Shown here one piece after another: positions 32,501-41,298 of a stretch of 64,000 bases of DNA (its first letter is position 1; each line of letters begins with the position of its first letter). The translations under genes and the position numbers were made by a program. Origin of the DNA: Bradymonadia bacterium (GTDB taxonomy: Bacteria > Myxococcota_A > Bradymonadia > UBA7976 > UBA1532); the NCBI GenBank assembly GCA_046290225.1, contig JBKAGE010000078.1:96001-160000 (forward strand), written 5' to 3'. The notes under the pieces were generated by a model that was given only the letters and a program-made list of their open reading frames with translations, searched no databases and was not told the origin of the DNA.

Positions 32501-35500
32501 TCGTCGATGGAGATGTACAGCTCAAGGTGGCTGACATGCTCCCGGTGGATCCACCTGCAGGCTCGGTGGGGCTCCTCGGTGGCCTCGAAGGTGGTTTCGC
32601 CATCGACAACTTCCAGGTAGAGCCCCTCGGAGTTCTGCCGCCGAGCATGCTGGTCACTGGGGCTCGCGTGGTCTTCTTCGAGCCCGATCGGGTGCAGATC
32701 GAGACCGAGACCCTCACTGACGCTCTGCTCACAGCGGGTACATCCGCAGGCTGGACGGTGACCATCGACGGGAACGAGCGCCCGGTGCTCGGTGTGGAGA
32801 CGGTGGGCGACACCCTCAAGGTACAGTTCGTGCCGCCAGCGGTGGCTCGACGCAATGTGGTCACCATCGCCTACGATGCCAGCTATGGAGATGTACACGA
32901 CTGCGCAGACGATCTGCCCCGGCCCCTGCCCTCATTCGGGCCCCTGGAGGTGGAGAACCAGGCAGAAGTCGGCAATGACCTCTTCATCGCCTCAGCTCAG
33001 GTCATCACCCCCTGGGCCATCGACATCATCTTCAACGAAGAGGCGGCCTTGCCGCCCATCTTCGAGGCCGGGCTCGAGAACGCCCTCTCCATCGAGAACC
33101 AGAACGGCCCCCTGCTCGTCCGCGACGTCATCGCCATGGCGCGGACCGACGGGCCCATCGAGAACCGTCTGCGCCTGTTGCTCGCCGAGGGCTTCGAGGT
33201 CAGACCCGGAGACGTACTCCGGGTCAGCTACCAGCCCGGGGTGGCCGGGGCGCGATTGCTCGATCGCAACAGCGCCGAGCTGCGGTCGCCCTACTCAGCC
33301 GACGTACTCAATGCCCTCGAAGAAGACGAACTGTTCGGCGGCTTCCTCGACGACTTCCTGCGCCCAGGCACCGAGATCGCCAATGGCTGGGAGGTCGAGC
33401 CCGCGGACACGTGGACTCTGGAGAACGCCGCGCAATACGAATCTCCGAACTTCAACACCCCAGCGCTGCTGCTCCGACCTGAGGCCCAGCCCCACCGCAA
33501 CATTCTGCAAACGATGCGGGTACGCATGCAGCCCGAGGGAGGATCCGCCATCAGCGCTGGCCTTGTCTCCCGAGTGGGGAACGCCTCCGGCAGCTACCAG
33601 GGCTTGTACACACTCGACATCGACCAGCAGCCCGTGTTCCGCATCGAGCGGACCGAGCGATTCGGCAACTTGACCCTCGCCGAGCTGCCGGCCCCCACCC
33701 TGGTCAACAACCGGGAGTACACCTTCCGTTTCGAGACCAACGGCCCGGTCTTCACCCTCGAGGTGCTCGATGACGAAGAGTTGATCACCCGTCTCGTCGC
33801 CGTGGACACGGATCTCGAGCCTGCGGATCCAGCGGCGGACAAGCCCACTGGCCAGTATGGGGTGCTGCTCATCGGCCGAGGTCGGGCCCGCGTCTCCGAG
33901 TACTTCGCCCGATCCGTCTCTGGCTTCGCCCCTCGCGTACAGATCGCCCGGGCCGAGGTGGTGGAGTACGATCCTCGGGCCATCGAGATCACCTTCGCCT
34001 CGGAGTCCCCCCTCCTGCCCGCGCAGTCCCTCGATCCGCCGCCTGGGGCTGATGACTTCCAAGGTTTTGGGGTGTCCATCAACAACCAGAACCAGATCGT
34101 GCAAGAGATCCAGTTCGATCCCGAAGACCCGCAGCGTGCGGTCATCCGGCTGGGCAATGATGTGGAGATCGACAGCGACGACAGCGTGCTGCTCAGCTTC
34201 GATCCCTTCACCGGCGCGGTGATCGACGACAGCCCCGTGCCCCAGATGCTCGGCGAGGTGGAAGACTTCCGCGCCGACTTCACCAGCAAGGTGGTGCCCA
34301 CCAACGTCGAGCTCATCGGGCCCAATCTGCTGGCGCTCACCCTGCGATACACCCTCGAGCAGCAGATCCCCATTCAGGTGGAAGGCAGAGGGGGCCTCTC
34401 GGTGTGGGCCGAGGGCGGTGAAGAGCTCGAAGAGGTCCAGTACAGCATCTACGACGTCTGGGTGGACCCACGTCAGAACCCGCAGCCTGGTGATGGTGGC
34501 CAGGAAGTCCGGGTCTACGTGGCCACACGAAACCCCATCCCTTTTGGGGGCTTCGTTCGAGTCTCCGACGGCGGGACTGGCGCCATCCTTGATGCTCAAG
34601 GGCAGACCATCGCCCCCCTGAGCAACGAGCTCTTCGTGGGCCAGCTCGAAGACATCCACCGTGAGGTGAACTTCTTCGTCGCCAACCCCATCTACACCCA
34701 CAACTGGGTCCTCGAACCCCTGGATCCAGATGCAGGCTGGCGCTACACCCACCCCGACGCCTGGGGCCTCGTGGAGGGTGAAGGTGGTCCCCCCGGCGTC
34801 ACCTCCTATGGTGCCGGCGAAAACGACTTCACCACTGAGGCGTACGCCCCCCCCTCAGTGCTCGGCAACGACATGACCGTCATCGTCGACTTCGAGATCT
34901 CGCCAGAGTCTGTCGATCCACTCAACCGGGAGGCCTTCCCCAGGGTGGTGGTCAAGGGCTTGAACAATGACGCCTGGGTGGGCTGCTATGTCAGAAATGG
35001 TGAGCGCCCCGACTTCCTCGACGAAGACGAGGTCAACTTCACCGCCAGCGAGAACACGCCGGCCCTCAACTGTGTGTATCAGGAGCCCGATCAACCCCGG
35101 CGCTACTTCGACGAGTGCCGATTCCAGTTCTACGAGACCCCCAACATCCGGGCCTATGGTGGCAGCCTCGCAGGCGACTGGATCTCCGCGGTGCCCAACC
35201 GGCATCGACTCAGGGTCAGTATGCGGGGCCAGCGCCTGAGGGCAGTGCTCTACAACATCACCCCGAGTGGTGAGGACTTTGGGGGCATCTTCGAGAACGC
35301 CAGCCCCGACAACCCCATCCCCGTGGCGGTGGTGGAGGTGCCCGATGTGGGCACCACCCTCGAGTGGGGCATGCCCGGCGTCGGCAGCTACGACTCTGGC
35401 GAGGTCACGTTCTTGAACTTCATCGCCCGGCCCAGTCGCAACTGTGACTTCAACGCGGTGAATGGCGAGTCACAGTCCTTCGCCCCCACCGACGGCGCCC

Positions 35501-35577
35501 AGGCCTGCCCCCGAGAGGCGCCGATCATCGTCGACGAGAACAACAACCTCTGCCCTGTGGAAGGACTCAACCAGTAG
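29569..35577 (+). CDS. 2002-aa acidic lipoprotein with alternating lectin-like beta-sandwich and SwmB-like repeat domains
   Basis: Lipobox LQGC; recurring D.F...W modules and recurring 'V.(V)SY...G.I.D...L..F...V.N' modules. Confidence 0.7.
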   Translation: MKHLGGHVILTLALILQGCFFGGGVDATDATLTDAGMGGAGAGAVGGMGGGLMDDAGADFDMGVDDAGPDDLDEGVGDAELDMGDEGDVLLPDDMFIPPDAMPPADGCEMDITLDALAFETFDFGGGNRWIEEAGTLLVQERTQDVVPTVALRPWTETCTEFRAEVTFELIDGGAFPVLAGRFDDQNRWFGVGFNALEGRLRVFGGINLQPTQTTGQSAPIRLTAGARYRLMLEVVDQSIFGALFLEDGERPLVTAEGPGPRYLSPGRLALNEVNGQRVRYLSLKSTPITRPLIGRPTIENVKVLEPRRVRVFTSPAPTVPYRLDDEASGLVILQDGVPIPITGLESVEGSASSFSAFLGQAVEGAGNITAGYIPGEGQVLNAVEDEIQPLEDFATENMLYVDPPDLPDWTDEFEEGLLDPSWLVEQPNASAVEDGALTFRPLAAQLTGALAYRPIEELRQNVTISTDFFYNDEPDRQGGRVEALLALRIREIERVRLQAVFIAGNFENILGFRRRSGGFQDTNIGEFRFPRDLAPPLTPMRLEFSAYNALLWARLYRLDGEVPMLIAEHSVIDDDPQGPGAFGLGANFDGSVHFEHFQVGSAVAPPPRITAAKIPGSNPSTIQLDVLTTSPLQGLSPEGFSVLAGEPRQVESVTLREGGIALTLVGDRLQSGQSVFVSYDNAAGTITDSTRPDPLSMESFDQLEVVNEAAPGDDLVLAEAITIDERTLDLVVADNGALPPQVGRARGLLVLINDEPTLIRAIRPLEDKPTRLRVSLNDRLTPDDIITLQYSQGEDGPIRDQRDIELRAIDAAPVMNTLAAPVDFPFVVDTFERDDSNHLGEPWDEGTPGLWALRDGEVIFTAPGLENQQVDRRLIWPGEYDDFQMSATVRAIEDDVLSNNYQIALFGNLQVPDQNNPNLLWDVRVTYNMRTGRLSLAYENNRTTVNSPPESPYIIPIGQPFTLDLTVSGPVITGRLIVDGDVQLKVADMLPVDPPAGSVGLLGGLEGGFAIDNFQVEPLGVLPPSMLVTGARVVFFEPDRVQIETETLTDALLTAGTSAGWTVTIDGNERPVLGVETVGDTLKVQFVPPAVARRNVVTIAYDASYGDVHDCADDLPRPLPSFGPLEVENQAEVGNDLFIASAQVITPWAIDIIFNEEAALPPIFEAGLENALSIENQNGPLLVRDVIAMARTDGPIENRLRLLLAEGFEVRPGDVLRVSYQPGVAGARLLDRNSAELRSPYSADVLNALEEDELFGGFLDDFLRPGTEIANGWEVEPADTWTLENAAQYESPNFNTPALLLRPEAQPHRNILQTMRVRMQPEGGSAISAGLVSRVGNASGSYQGLYTLDIDQQPVFRIERTERFGNLTLAELPAPTLVNNREYTFRFETNGPVFTLEVLDDEELITRLVAVDTDLEPADPAADKPTGQYGVLLIGRGRARVSEYFARSVSGFAPRVQIARAEVVEYDPRAIEITFASESPLLPAQSLDPPPGADDFQGFGVSINNQNQIVQEIQFDPEDPQRAVIRLGNDVEIDSDDSVLLSFDPFTGAVIDDSPVPQMLGEVEDFRADFTSKVVPTNVELIGPNLLALTLRYTLEQQIPIQVEGRGGLSVWAEGGEELEEVQYSIYDVWVDPRQNPQPGDGGQEVRVYVATRNPIPFGGFVRVSDGGTGAILDAQGQTIAPLSNELFVGQLEDIHREVNFFVANPIYTHNWVLEPLDPDAGWRYTHPDAWGLVEGEGGPPGVTSYGAGENDFTTEAYAPPSVLGNDMTVIVDFEISPESVDPLNREAFPRVVVKGLNNDAWVGCYVRNGERPDFLDEDEVNFTASENTPALNCVYQEPDQPRRYFDECRFQFYETPNIRAYGGSLAGDWISAVPNRHRLRVSMRGQRLRAVLYNITPSGEDFGGIFENASPDNPIPVAVVEVPDVGTTLEWGMPGVGSYDSGEVTFLNFIARPSRNCDFNAVNGESQSFAPTDGAQACPREAPIIVDENNNLCPVEGLNQ

Positions 35578-35586
35578 GCCTATCGC

Positions 35587-36945
35587 TCAGGGCCACGCCA
35601 TACAGCGCGCGTCGCGACACACCAGCACGCCCATACACTGATCGTTGATCTCACACTCCGGTGCAGCCTCCAGGGGATCCGCACAGAACCGGTCCCGACA
35701 CACATCGTCACCGGGGCACTGAGCGTCCTCCTGGCAGGGGGCCCGGCACTGGCCATCGACACACGACAGACCACCCCCACAGTCGATGTTCCGTACGCAC
35801 ATGGCCCCTGGCCGGGTGTCGGGCATGCAGACACCGGCATCGCACATCTCGCCGCTGCCACACTGCGCATCTGCCTCACAGCGATCGTGGCAGATGGCGT
35901 TCACGCAGACCGCCTCTCCATCGCACTCGGCGCTGCGGCGGCACTCCACCGGGCCGTCCACCCAGGGCATGCACAGGCCTTCGAGGCAATGCGTACCCGT
36001 GGGACAGGATGCGTCGTCGATACACGCGGCCCGACAAGCGCCGTCGAGGCACGCAGAGCCACCGCGACAGTCGAGGTCGAGCACACATCGATCCCCGCCT
36101 GGAGCCGCCTCGCTCGCAGGCAGAGTACATGCGCCATCGATGCAGGCCTCAGCGCCCTGACACTCTGCGACCCCCTCACAGGCAGCGCCCAAGGTGGGCG
36201 TATGACACAGACCTGAGATACAGACATCACCCGAGGGGCACTGGCAGTCGTTCTCGCATGCCCGCTCTGCCGGAACCTCGGGATCCGCCTGTGGCGCGAC
36301 ACAGACGTTGCCCTCGGGATCACACACCTCACCCCGTGGGCAGTCACACGAACGCTCACACGACACACCGCTCGCCGGCGGTGGCGTGTCCACCGGCGCT
36401 TCGCAGGGCCGCTCCGGATCATCAGCACCGCAGGCAGGCTCTTCGGGATCAGGATCGGGCTGGGGATCAGGATCAGGCTGAGGATCAGGATCGGGCTGAG
36501 GATCCTCACCGGTCCACACACAGTTGCCCCACTCGTTGCACGCCTGCCCCTCGGGACAATGGGCGTCCTGCTGGCACTCGCTCATCTGCGGACCGGCGAC
36601 ACAGCGGCCGCCGTTGCACCGTGCGTCGGCGCCGCAATCGGCGTCGACGTAGCAGACCGAGCCCTGGCCACCACCTGCATTGCCCCCGTCTACCCCTGGG
36701 TGCCTGCAGGTATTGTCCACTGCGCAGATCATGCCGCCGGCGGGGCAGTCGGCGGCGGTGGTACATGAGATGGGCACACAGTAGTGACCGTGATCATCAC
36801 AGACATAGCAGGTGCTCTCGTCGCAGTAGTCGTAGTGAGCCGCGCCATAGGGCTCACAGTCATAGCAGGTCTCTGTGGGACAGCCGGTGAGGCCCAGAGC
36901 CGCCAGCGCAAGTGTCGAGGCTTGAATCAGCCGCATCATCGCCAT
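35587..36945 (-). CDS. Cys-rich repeat lipoprotein (myxobacterial C..D.DC..G..C..G.C repeats)
   Basis: Lipobox LTGC; more than ten Cys repeats; (PDPDPQ)n linker; GGAGAAG RBS. Confidence 0.8.
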   Translation of the reverse strand: MAMMRLIQASTLALAALGLTGCPTETCYDCEPYGAAHYDYCDESTCYVCDDHGHYCVPISCTTAADCPAGGMICAVDNTCRHPGVDGGNAGGGQGSVCYVDADCGADARCNGGRCVAGPQMSECQQDAHCPEGQACNEWGNCVWTGEDPQPDPDPQPDPDPQPDPDPEEPACGADDPERPCEAPVDTPPPASGVSCERSCDCPRGEVCDPEGNVCVAPQADPEVPAERACENDCQCPSGDVCISGLCHTPTLGAACEGVAECQGAEACIDGACTLPASEAAPGGDRCVLDLDCRGGSACLDGACRAACIDDASCPTGTHCLEGLCMPWVDGPVECRRSAECDGEAVCVNAICHDRCEADAQCGSGEMCDAGVCMPDTRPGAMCVRNIDCGGGLSCVDGQCRAPCQEDAQCPGDDVCRDRFCADPLEAAPECEINDQCMGVLVCRDARCMAWP

Positions 36946-36982
36946 GCATCTTCTCCATCAGTCAGTTGACTCATGGCCTCAG

Positions 36983-36998
36983 AGCAAGAGCCGTACCG
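36983..36998 (-). promoter_or_regulatory. Sigma-54 (-24/-12) promoter of the Cys-rich lipoprotein gene
   Basis: Minus strand CGGTACGGCTCTTGCT = GG-N10-GC, close to TGGCACG-N4-TTGCW, about 40 nt upstream of the ATG. Confidence 0.65.
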
Positions 36999-37106
36999 TC
37001 CTCCGGCAACGGCCTGGCGGCAGAAACATCCGATTTTATTCAGTGATTTTGACCCGACTGTCGTGAACGGGCGACACATGAAGTGTGGCCCTGAGTTCAC
37101 ATGCGT

Positions 37107-38075
37107 CTACCCTTGAGGCCAGAGGATCCGTCGTGGGGGGCGATGTAGGGTGCGGGTCAGGCGCAGGTCGGCGAGGGTCTCCTCGAGAGACCACTCCGGC
37201 ACGTGGCCCAGCTGGTCACGGGCGCGGCTGTCGTCCACCATGCAGACGTAGCGCAGGTGATCGAGCTCCGGAGCTGGGAAGCTCGTGAGCCTGAGCGACC
37301 ACATACGCTCCAGCATGGCCCGGGCAGCCGTGTGCGGCATGAGCAGAGGGCGTCCCCCGGCGAGCTCGATCAAACGACTCAATGGGACCGGCTCGCAACC
37401 TGCCACGTTGAACACCCCCCTCACCTTGGGGGTGAGGGCTCGCTCGATGGCGGTGACCACATCTTCTTCGTGGATCACCTGCACCATGGGATCGAAGCCC
37501 GCGAGGCGGATGGGGCGCTCCAGGCGCAGATAGTTACTCGGCGCGTTGCGCACGCCACCGAGGATGTGCACCGGGCGCAAGATGACCGTGTGCACCTCGG
37601 GGTTTTGCCAGAAGAAGCCCTGAGCGCACATGTCCACAGCGACGAGATCACTGATGGCAGAAAACGACGAGGCCGCCATCAGAGGCTCGGCCTCGGTGAG
37701 GAACTGCTGATTGTCCGGCCTCGGCCCATAGACATTGGCGCTCGACAAGATGACCAGCTTGGGGATGCCATACCGGGCACAGAAGGTCATCACCCTGCTG
37801 GTGCCCTTGATGTTGAACGTGTGGTGCTCCTCGGTGCTCGCCCGGGGATTGTGCATCACGTTCAGGTGCACCACGGCGTCGAAGTCACCTGATCGGAAGA
37901 TGTCTTCACAGCGCTTCCGGCGGATGTCGATGCGGTGCAGGGTCACGTCGGCGGGGATGCCTCCCCATTTGCGCCGATCGATGCCCACGACAGCGTGCTG
38001 GCGATGCAGACGCCGAGCGAGGATCCGGCCGAGGCGGCCGCTGATGCCGGTGATGGCGATCTTCATGGGCTTCAC
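37107..38075 (-). CDS. NAD-dependent epimerase/dehydratase (extended SDR)
   Basis: ITGISGRLG, SSANVYG, LRPVHILG, GVFNVAG. Confidence 0.85.
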   Translation of the reverse strand: MKPMKIAITGISGRLGRILARRLHRQHAVVGIDRRKWGGIPADVTLHRIDIRRKRCEDIFRSGDFDAVVHLNVMHNPRASTEEHHTFNIKGTSRVMTFCARYGIPKLVILSSANVYGPRPDNQQFLTEAEPLMAASSFSAISDLVAVDMCAQGFFWQNPEVHTVILRPVHILGGVRNAPSNYLRLERPIRLAGFDPMVQVIHEEDVVTAIERALTPKVRGVFNVAGCEPVPLSRLIELAGGRPLLMPHTAARAMLERMWSLRLTSFPAPELDHLRYVCMVDDSRARDQLGHVPEWSLEETLADLRLTRTLHRPPRRILWPQG

Positions 38076-38899
38076 CAGAAGATGTGTTTGCGATCGGCGA
38101 GGCCACCTTTGAGCAAGGCGTCGATGGCCCCCTTGACGTCATTGACCTTCTGTCGAATCACGGGCTCCTCGTCGTCTGGATCACCCTCGAAACGCATGGG
38201 GCGACCGAAATAGATGCGATACTTCACCGGGAAAGGCAGGGGCGTGGGCACCAGCGGCAACGCGGGCAAGCCCAACATCTTCGCCACACCTTCGAAGTTC
38301 ATCAGGGCTGGGGCCTGCTCTTCGGCCCCGACGACCCCCACAGGCACGATGGGCGTGTTGGTCGCCAGGGCAAGGCGCATGAAGCCCTGGCCGAAGTTCT
38401 GAAGCTGGTAGGCCTTGTCATAGGTCTTGGAGATGCCACGCACGCCCTCGGGAAACACCAGGATCGGAAAATCCTGGCCGAGCAGCGCCAGACAATTCTC
38501 GGGGCTGCCGAGGACCTGACCCGCCCGAGCGAAGAAGGTGCTCACATAGGGCAGCGAAGGCACCCACCGCTCCACCATGGCCCTCACCGGGCGGGGTGGG
38601 TTGGCGTCGAGGAACAACGCCGTGGCGATCATCATGGCGTCGAAAGGCAGTTGCCCGCTGTGGTTGGCGATGAGCAGCACGCGCCCTTCGGGCAGATGCT
38701 CGAGGCCATGGGCGTCGACCCGGAAATAGTTGCGGTAGACCCAGCGCATGACCGGCACCACCCACCTCAACGTGTCGGGGTCGAAGCCGAAGTCGTCGGT
38801 CTCCCGACCCTGCAGACCTTGCTTGAGGGTGTCGATCCGCGCGGCCAGCTCGTCGTCGAGGCCTCGCTCCAAGGCGCTCTTGAGGCTCAGTTTGAGCAT
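38072..38899 (-). CDS. Lysophospholipid/glycerolipid acyltransferase (PlsC/DAGAT-like)
   Basis: NHSGQLPFD (HX5D variant), VFPEG, PIVPV. Confidence 0.88.
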   Translation of the reverse strand: MLKLSLKSALERGLDDELAARIDTLKQGLQGRETDDFGFDPDTLRWVVPVMRWVYRNYFRVDAHGLEHLPEGRVLLIANHSGQLPFDAMMIATALFLDANPPRPVRAMVERWVPSLPYVSTFFARAGQVLGSPENCLALLGQDFPILVFPEGVRGISKTYDKAYQLQNFGQGFMRLALATNTPIVPVGVVGAEEQAPALMNFEGVAKMLGLPALPLVPTPLPFPVKYRIYFGRPMRFEGDPDDEEPVIRQKVNDVKGAIDALLKGGLADRKHIFW

Positions 38900-39021
38900 G
38901 TCCCTCCTCGGGCTTCACTGATCTCTGCAGGTGCGGGGTCATATTGCCCCCCCAGAGTGATGGACGCAATTGCGCTGACCAGTGCATCATCGCCACCGAC
39001 ACGACCTCGGAGATGTTGACG

Positions 39022-40302
39022 ATGAAGCTCGCCGATTTGACCACCATTCCCCTGCCCACGGATCGAGGCCTCACGGAGACGGTCTACATCCGTCCCGGTG
39101 CCCGACACGATGTGCACACCCTCGCCGCCCCCTACTTGGGAGAGACGCCCCTCGTGGTGGCGGATCCGGAGACCTGGGCAGCAGTCTCCCCTCTTCCCGA
39201 GGCTGTGGCCCAGTGGCCTCGCCTCGTGCTCCCCACCCACCCTCACGCCGACGACGAGACCGTGGAGCAGGTGCGGGCCCGGATGGAATCTGAGGGCGCC
39301 ACTGGGGCTCTGGCCATTGGCGCGGGCACCATCAACGACCTGTGCAAGCGTGCGTGTCACTTGCTCGAGAAGCCCTATGTGGTCCTGGGCACTGCGGCGA
39401 GCATGAACGGCTACGCCAGCGGCATCGCTGCCATCATGAGCGCAGGTCTCAAGACCACCGTGCCGGCGACCCCACCTCGGAGCATCATCCTGGACACCGA
39501 GATCTTGTCCCAGGCCCCCATGACGCTCACCCACGCCGGTTTGGGCGATCTCATCAGCAAGCCGGTCTCCGACACATGCTGGTGGCTCGCAGATCAGCTC
39601 GACGGCGTCGGCTACAGCACCACGCCCGGGAAGATCGTCGAGGCCGCCGTCGCTGGCGCTGCCGCCGCAGCGGGGCAGCTCCCAGAGCCAGAGGCAGTGG
39701 GTGCCCTGGGCAAGGCCCTGGTGTTGAGCGGGGTGTCGATGGTGGTGGCCGGGAGCAGCAGCCCCGCCAGCGGCGGTGAGCATTTGCTGAGCCACCTCTG
39801 GGACATGGAGGCGGTTCAGGCGGGCGAGGAGACCCGGCTGCACGGTACCCAGGTGGGCGTGACCACCTGCATCACTGCAGCGCTGTACCAGCGCCTGCTC
39901 AAAGTCACCGAGCCCGACTTTCCCCCCGTGCCCAGCTGGGCCGATGAAGAGGCCCGCCTGAAGGCCGCCCATGGCGAGCTCGCCCCCATCGTCCTCGAGC
40001 CGAGCAAAGGCAAACACGGCACCGCAGAGCGTCGGGTGGCCATCATGCGAGCACGCTGGTCGGAGATGCTCGCCGATCTCAAGGCCCGCACCCTGCCCAC
40101 CCCTGCGGAAGTCCGAGCCATCCTCGACGCAGCAGGTGCCCCGAGCACCCTCGAAGCCATCAACGAGGATCGGGCGAACGCCGCCCGAGTGCTCCGCCTC
40201 GCACGGGACATCCGCAACCGCATCACGGTGCTCGACGTAGCCTATGATCTAGGGGTCCTGCCCGACGCCGCAGAGGCAGTACTGGACGAAGCAGGCGTCT
40301 GA
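39022..40302 (+). CDS. sn-glycerol-1-phosphate dehydrogenase-like (AraM/EgsA family)
   Basis: GAGTINDLCK, TAASMNGYAS, AGLGD, SGGEHLLSH, HGTQVG. Confidence 0.8.
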   Translation: MKLADLTTIPLPTDRGLTETVYIRPGARHDVHTLAAPYLGETPLVVADPETWAAVSPLPEAVAQWPRLVLPTHPHADDETVEQVRARMESEGATGALAIGAGTINDLCKRACHLLEKPYVVLGTAASMNGYASGIAAIMSAGLKTTVPATPPRSIILDTEILSQAPMTLTHAGLGDLISKPVSDTCWWLADQLDGVGYSTTPGKIVEAAVAGAAAAAGQLPEPEAVGALGKALVLSGVSMVVAGSSSPASGGEHLLSHLWDMEAVQAGEETRLHGTQVGVTTCITAALYQRLLKVTEPDFPPVPSWADEEARLKAAHGELAPIVLEPSKGKHGTAERRVAIMRARWSEMLADLKARTLPTPAEVRAILDAAGAPSTLEAINEDRANAARVLRLARDIRNRITVLDVAYDLGVLPDAAEAVLDEAGV

Positions 40303-40308
40303 TCGCGC

Positions 40309-41208
40309 TCAGCGCCCGCCGATTTGCTCGGTGGTCCGAAAGTGCAGCTTCGCGGTCTCTGCCAGGGCCCCTTTGCCGTGGGCCTCGATGAGCGCTCGGC
40401 CCGACCTCAGCGTGGGCGCCCCTGCCCCGGCTGACAGCGTGACCCCGAACCGACGCGACAGAGATCGCAGATTCCGCAAGTAGGCCGCCCGGGCCAGCAC
40501 GCTCGCCGCACCCACCGCAGGATCCTCCTCAGCCTTGGTGCGGGCATCGACCTGGATACTCGACCCGAGAGGGCCCAGGCTCCGCCGGAGCACCCGTTCG
40601 TCGACGAACTTGTCCACCAGGGCCCAGGGCGCCTTCTCTCGGGTGAGCAAGTTCTCGATGACCTTGCCATGGGCCCAGGACAACAGCTTGTTGAGATTGC
40701 CGATGCGGGCATACAGCTCGTTGTACTTTGCCGGGGTGATGACCATCACCTCGGTGATACAGGCCGCTTCGATCCCCCGAACCATGGCCGGCAGGCGCTC
40801 GTCGGAGAGCGCCTTGCTGTCGTCGATGCCCAGCGTCTGCAGCAACTCGAGCTGATCGCGCTTGATGAGGGCGCCGGCGACGACCAGCGGCCCGAAGTAG
40901 TCCCCCTTCCCGGCCTCGTCGGTGCCGATCCACTGCGGCGGCGGAGGCTTGGGATGCTTCGACAAGGCTGATGCATAAGGTCGAGCCTCGGGCGTATCGT
41001 CTCCGATCAGGCCTCGCCAGGTGTCGGCTTCGGGGCCCTGCATGACGAGCTTGCCCGACTTGTAGAAGCTGGCGACGCACCCCAGCCCCTTGGCTTGCCA
41101 AAAAGCGTGAGCGAGATCGCGGATCTCGAAGCCGTGACCGAGGAAGAACTGCTTCAGCCTCGGCGCTTCGCTGACGGGAATTTTGAGGGTAAACGTGTGA
41201 TTGGCCAT
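40309..41208 (-). CDS. rnhC: Ribonuclease HIII
   Basis: N-terminal TBP-like domain (FYKSGKLVMQG), IGTDEAGKGDYFGP, DSK, AASVLAR, AKLHF.T. Confidence 0.92.
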   Translation of the reverse strand: MANHTFTLKIPVSEAPRLKQFFLGHGFEIRDLAHAFWQAKGLGCVASFYKSGKLVMQGPEADTWRGLIGDDTPEARPYASALSKHPKPPPPQWIGTDEAGKGDYFGPLVVAGALIKRDQLELLQTLGIDDSKALSDERLPAMVRGIEAACITEVMVITPAKYNELYARIGNLNKLLSWAHGKVIENLLTREKAPWALVDKFVDERVLRRSLGPLGSSIQVDARTKAEEDPAVGAASVLARAAYLRNLRSLSRRFGVTLSAGAGAPTLRSGRALIEAHGKGALAETAKLHFRTTEQIGGR

Positions 41209-41298
41209 GGCACCTCCAGGCGGAGGGCGTTACCACCCTCGACGCCTGAACGTCCAGTGCCATGGTGGGATCTTCGGAGGGGTTCGTCAGATGACACC

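Noticed and set aside
37107..38075. SDR as the missing ketoreductase for the lipid cluster at 893-7590
   Set aside because: It is 30 kb away and coupled to its own acyltransferase; nothing in the sequence links them.
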